From positions 5,407 through 69,406 of the forward strand of contig CAYRXT010000007.1 in NCBI GenBank assembly GCA_964428315.1: a stretch of 64,000 nt of DNA, in the 5' to 3' direction. Positions 60,420-64,000 of the stretch are shown piece by piece (the stretch's first letter is position 1; each line of letters starts with the position of its first letter). This DNA is from an uncultured Planctomycetales bacterium (GTDB lineage Bacteria; Omnitrophota; Gorgyraeia; Zapsychrales; CAYRXT01). Position numbers and translations under genes: made by a program. Below the pieces are notes generated by a model. That model searched no databases and was not told the origin of the DNA. It worked only from the letters and a program-made list of their open reading frames with translations.

Positions 60420-60902
60420 TCAAAACATGCCTGCCTTAAGAAATAAGGCCGCCTGCATCACAATATTAGCGTATAATCCCGCTACGACATCGTCAAGCAT
60501 AATTCCCCGGCCCCCCGCGGTGTTTTCCATCCGGTTGGCCGGGTATACCTTAAACATGTCAAAGGCCCGGAACAGAAAAAAGGCCGTAACCAAAACCGGA
60601 AAATCCGCCGGCAGGCCGATCAAAGTGATCATCATGCCTACGACCTCATCGATGACGACAACGGACGGATCCTTCTCTCCGAGACGGTCCTCCACAACAC
60701 GGGAGGCCCAAACACCGAAAAAGAACAAACACACAAGCGTGGCCCCGTAAATCATTACAGACAAGGGCGCTAAGACCAAATATAGGACAACACCGAGAAT
60801 GCTGGCAACGCTTCCCGAAGCGGGCCGGACATACCCCAGGAAACAACAGGTGGCCAAGATTCTTGCGCCTGCGGGCACCCTTCTCTTTTCCTTTGCTGTC
60901 AT
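60420..60902 (-). CDS. pgpA: Phosphatidylglycerophosphatase A
   Basis: KDPSVVVIDEVVG, LFRAFDMFK and IMLDDVVAG. Confidence 0.94.
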   Translation of the reverse strand: MTAKEKRRVPAGARILATCCFLGYVRPASGSVASILGVVLYLVLAPLSVMIYGATLVCLFFFGVWASRVVEDRLGEKDPSVVVIDEVVGMMITLIGLPADFPVLVTAFFLFRAFDMFKVYPANRMENTAGGRGIMLDDVVAGLYANIVMQAALFLKAGMF

Positions 60903-60906
60903 TTCA

Positions 60907-61482
60907 TTACATCCTGATAAGATTCTTATTGGTCCAGAGATAGGAGATTCCCGAAATCAATGTCAGGGCCACCGTGATCAGCATCAAGATATCGATCCCG
61001 ATCTCCCACCAGTTCTCAATGTTGAGAGACCACAGCCCCTTGGCGTCGAGAGCCTTTCGAATCATAATAAAAAGAAAGATGCTGATAACAGCCACAATCT
61101 GGGAAACCGTCTTGTGTTTCCCCGCTCTTTCCGCCGGTATCACCTTGCCTTTCGATAAGGCGAAAAGCCGGAGACTCGTGATCACAATCTCCCGGCCCAG
61201 TATAATGACAACCATCCAGACATCGACGACCTGCATGCGGACGAAGGCCAGGAAGGCAGCCAGGAGCAGAAACTTGTCGGCAAGAGGATCCATAAGTTTG
61301 CCGAAATCCGTTATCCAGTTGTTCCGCTTGGCCAGATACCCGTCATAAAAATCCGTCAGCGAGGCGACGCAGAATATCAGAAATGCCGTAATGATTGAGG
61401 CCAGGCTGTCTTTGGAAATAAAATAAATGAAAATAAAAGTCAGGATAACACGGGCCAGAGTCAGTTGGTTAGGCAGATTCAT
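60907..61482 (-). CDS. pgsA: CDP-diacylglycerol--glycerol-3-phosphate 3-phosphatidyltransferase
   Basis: MNLPNQLT and TDFYDGYLA...FGKLMDPLADK. Confidence 0.95.
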   Translation of the reverse strand: MNLPNQLTLARVILTFIFIYFISKDSLASIITAFLIFCVASLTDFYDGYLAKRNNWITDFGKLMDPLADKFLLLAAFLAFVRMQVVDVWMVVIILGREIVITSLRLFALSKGKVIPAERAGKHKTVSQIVAVISIFLFIMIRKALDAKGLWSLNIENWWEIGIDILMLITVALTLISGISYLWTNKNLIRM

Positions 61483-62819
61483 TTGTCTCGGTTTTCTTTA
61501 GTCCGCGCGACAAGATCATAAACCAAGGCATCGGCAATCTCGACTTCGCATAGATCGCCGGGTTCAAGGCCGTTTGCCGAATGGACATAAACCACCCCGT
61601 CCACCTCCGGGGCATCGTATTGAGTCCGGCCGATCATGATGTCCTCTTTCCCTTTTTGTTTCTCATCGATCAAGACGGGAAGAGTGCGGGCCACATAGCC
61701 GCTTAAAACGGATCGGGATATGAGTTGCTGCTCGCGCATAAGGATGTCCATGCGTCTTTTTTTAACCTCTGCCGGGACTTGGCCGGGCAATTCCTGTGCC
61801 GGGGTCCCCTCTTCTTTCGAATATTGGAAAGCCCCCATGCGATGAAACCGTGTCCGTCTTACAAAATCCACTAGCTCGCGGAAATCCTTTTCCGTCTCCC
61901 CCGGATAACCGACAATAAAGGTCGTGCGCAAAGCGATATCCGGAATTCGTCTTTTTATCTTCGCGATGAGGGCCGTAGTGCCTTCCTGAAACATCCCCCT
62001 GTTCATGCTCCGCAAGATGGGATCACTGATATGCTGCAGGGGAATGTCCAGATATTTGCATATCTTCGATTCTTCGGCGATAACATCGACCAAATCATCA
62101 GTCACGTGGGCCGGAAAGGCATAAAGCAGCCGTATCCAGCGGATATAGTTTGTCTGAGCGGCCATCTTTTTCAGTAGTGCGGCCAGGGCAAAAGACTTGT
62201 ATCTGTCGATGCCATAGGCGGTAATGTCTTGCCCCACAAGATTGATTTCTTTAACCCCTCGCTCGTCAAGATGACGGGTCTCCTCCAGAATGGATTCCAT
62301 TGGTCTTGACACAAAGCGCCCCTTGATGGAAGGGATCGCGCAAAAACTGCATCTGTTATAGCAACTCTCGCAAATCTTGACGTACGCGAAATGTCCCGGC
62401 GTCAAGGATACATCACGGACGAATGTGTCCTTATCCAGAGCAAGCGTTCCCACCAGGGCATCAATGCCCTTTAACTCCGGGATCAGCCGCTCACCGTATC
62501 GCTGGGCCAGGCATCCGGCCACGATCACTTTCTTGATCCGGCCCTGATGCTTAAGATCGATCAAATCTAGAATGATATCGATAGATTCGCGGCGCGCTTC
62601 TTCGATAAACGAACAGGTGTTGACGATAGCGATATCGGCACTCTGGAGATCGACAATGGGATGCCCCTTGTGCTTGAGTACGTCCAGGATAACCTGAGAA
62701 TCGACGAGATTCCGCGCACAACCCAGGTTAATCAGCGTCACTTTGGACGGCTGCGGGGCGCCGGAGCCAAGATAGCGCCTGGAAACAGTCCGGCTCTTCC
62801 TATGCGTTACGGTCTTCAT
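61479..62819 (-). CDS. rimO: Ribosomal protein S12 methylthiotransferase
   Basis: LGCARNLVDS, NTCSFI, CYNRCSFC, YLDIPLQH and DAPEVDG (TRAM domain). Confidence 0.93.
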   Translation of the reverse strand: MKTVTHRKSRTVSRRYLGSGAPQPSKVTLINLGCARNLVDSQVILDVLKHKGHPIVDLQSADIAIVNTCSFIEEARRESIDIILDLIDLKHQGRIKKVIVAGCLAQRYGERLIPELKGIDALVGTLALDKDTFVRDVSLTPGHFAYVKICESCYNRCSFCAIPSIKGRFVSRPMESILEETRHLDERGVKEINLVGQDITAYGIDRYKSFALAALLKKMAAQTNYIRWIRLLYAFPAHVTDDLVDVIAEESKICKYLDIPLQHISDPILRSMNRGMFQEGTTALIAKIKRRIPDIALRTTFIVGYPGETEKDFRELVDFVRRTRFHRMGAFQYSKEEGTPAQELPGQVPAEVKKRRMDILMREQQLISRSVLSGYVARTLPVLIDEKQKGKEDIMIGRTQYDAPEVDGVVYVHSANGLEPGDLCEVEIADALVYDLVARTKENRDK

Positions 62820-62828
62820 GCGAAACGA

Positions 62829-63671
62829 TTATTGTTTGACGGAAAACCCGTTCTGGGTGAAGATGATTTTTTTGGCCCGCCGGTCGCGCCGCCCCAATGT
62901 GCCGATAACTTTTCCGTTCAGTTCAAATTCCAGCTCGCTGACATTCTTTCCGGACAATTCGATCTTTTCGTCAGCCGACCATGTCTCGACATTACCTTTG
63001 TTCAGGGCAGACTGAAAAACGACCCTCCCGTCGGCCTCAACCCGCAACCAGCTGTCCTTTCTCGCCTTAACGGTCACGGTTACGTTGTCCTGTCTGGCCG
63101 GAGGGGCGACGCCTTCTTGCCGGGCAACGGACGTCCGCTGACCTGTGGCCGTCTTTTCTCCTGGAGAAAAGTCGGGTGAAGATTCGGCGGTTTTCGTGGA
63201 TTTGGTTTGAGTCCGAACCGAGGAAGAATCCGGCTTAAGCGATGGGCCGGTTTCCGTTCTGGGGCGTGTCATTTTCGTCAAAAGACATCCGCCGATCTTA
63301 AAAAACAAGACGGCCAGAAAGATGATGAAAAAGCCCTTGACGATCCTTCGCATGACCTCGGGTGTTAACGCCGAATCGATCCTTTCGGTAAAGATGTTCT
63401 CGCGCCCCTCGCGTTTGGAGATCGGCTGGGGCAGCCTCTCAGGCTCATAATCCTTCAAGACCATTTTCAGGTCCACATCGAGATACTGGGCGTAGAGTTT
63501 AATGAATCCACGGTAATAAAAGGGGTTTAGTGTGCGTATGGTATACCCCTCCTCAATGGCACGAAGAGCGTCGAGAGGGATCTTGGTGGCCTCGTGAACC
63601 GTATTTATCTGTATCCCTTTGGATTCGCGGGTTTGTTTGAGGATCTGGCCCTGACGTGTTCTCTCTTCCAT
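62829..63671 (-). CDS. RodZ-like protein (HTH, TM, DUF4115-like domain)
   Basis: GQILKQTRE...AIEEG...RGFIKLYAQYL, one TM segment, SWLRVEADG. Confidence 0.85.
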   Translation of the reverse strand: MEERTRQGQILKQTRESKGIQINTVHEATKIPLDALRAIEEGYTIRTLNPFYYRGFIKLYAQYLDVDLKMVLKDYEPERLPQPISKREGRENIFTERIDSALTPEVMRRIVKGFFIIFLAVLFFKIGGCLLTKMTRPRTETGPSLKPDSSSVRTQTKSTKTAESSPDFSPGEKTATGQRTSVARQEGVAPPARQDNVTVTVKARKDSWLRVEADGRVVFQSALNKGNVETWSADEKIELSGKNVSELEFELNGKVIGTLGRRDRRAKKIIFTQNGFSVKQ

Positions 63672-63738
63672 AATTCTATCCTCCGGCCGGCAGACATATC
63701 GGCGCCGGGCCGCGGCGCGGTTTCACCTTCACTGCGAC

Positions 63739-64000
63739 TCATTCTTCCTCTGAAGTTTTCATATGATTCATAAGCCATTCTTCCCGATTGACAAGCAATT
63801 CCCGCGGTTTGCTCCCGCAGTAGGGTCCGACGATCCCTTCCTGTTCCATCATGTCGATCAAACGGGCCGCACGGGTATACCCCAAACGCATCCTTCTCTG
63901 CAAAATGGAAACGGAAGCCTGGTTTGTTTCAATAACCAACCGGACAGCCTCATCGAACAGTTCGTCTTTTTCATCCAGGGCGCCTGAGGCTAGAGAACTC
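63739..64000 (-). CDS. ftsK: DNA translocase FtsK, C-terminal gamma domain (5' partial)
   Basis: [33 protein letters not shown]; the frame stays open to the window edge. Confidence 0.93.
   Translation of the reverse strand, partial: SSLASGALDEKDELFDEAVRLVIETNQASVSILQRRMRLGYTRAARLIDMMEQEGIVGPYCGSKPRELLVNREEWLMNHMKTSEEE

Overview
Bacterial chromosomal window in which almost every gene lies on the minus strand. Gene content and the giant secreted protein suggest a PVC-superphylum organism, probably Omnitrophota; this is an inference. The left ~14 kb is accessory. It holds the 5' part of a giant (>1877 aa) secreted multi-domain protein that the ORF track misses because it runs off the window, a RAYT-type HUH nuclease capped at both ends by the same palindrome, an ExeA-like ATPase / GspC-like / secretin / TPR module, and a small glycosylation cluster. 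The rest is largely housekeeping: S41 protease, glycine cleavage genes, tRNA-Arg(TCG), a dcw cluster (mraZ to ftsA, lacking ftsZ and murB but with an inserted Zn-peptidase), rbfA-DHH-truB-ribF, tRNA nucleotidyltransferase, xerD, ligA, tRNA-Pro(CGG), and an FMN-riboswitch-led riboflavin operon. That operon continues into a ketosynthase lacking its catalytic triad (chain-length-factor-like), fabG and fabZ. The window ends with cinA-thpR and pgpA-pgsA-rimO-rodZ-like-ftsK. Most notable: giant protein plus adjacent secretin module, hairpin-capped RAYT, orphan CLF-like ketosynthase, a ~226-nt expanded FMN aptamer, and several short tandem or inverted intergenic arrays. All calls come from reading the sequence; no searches were run.
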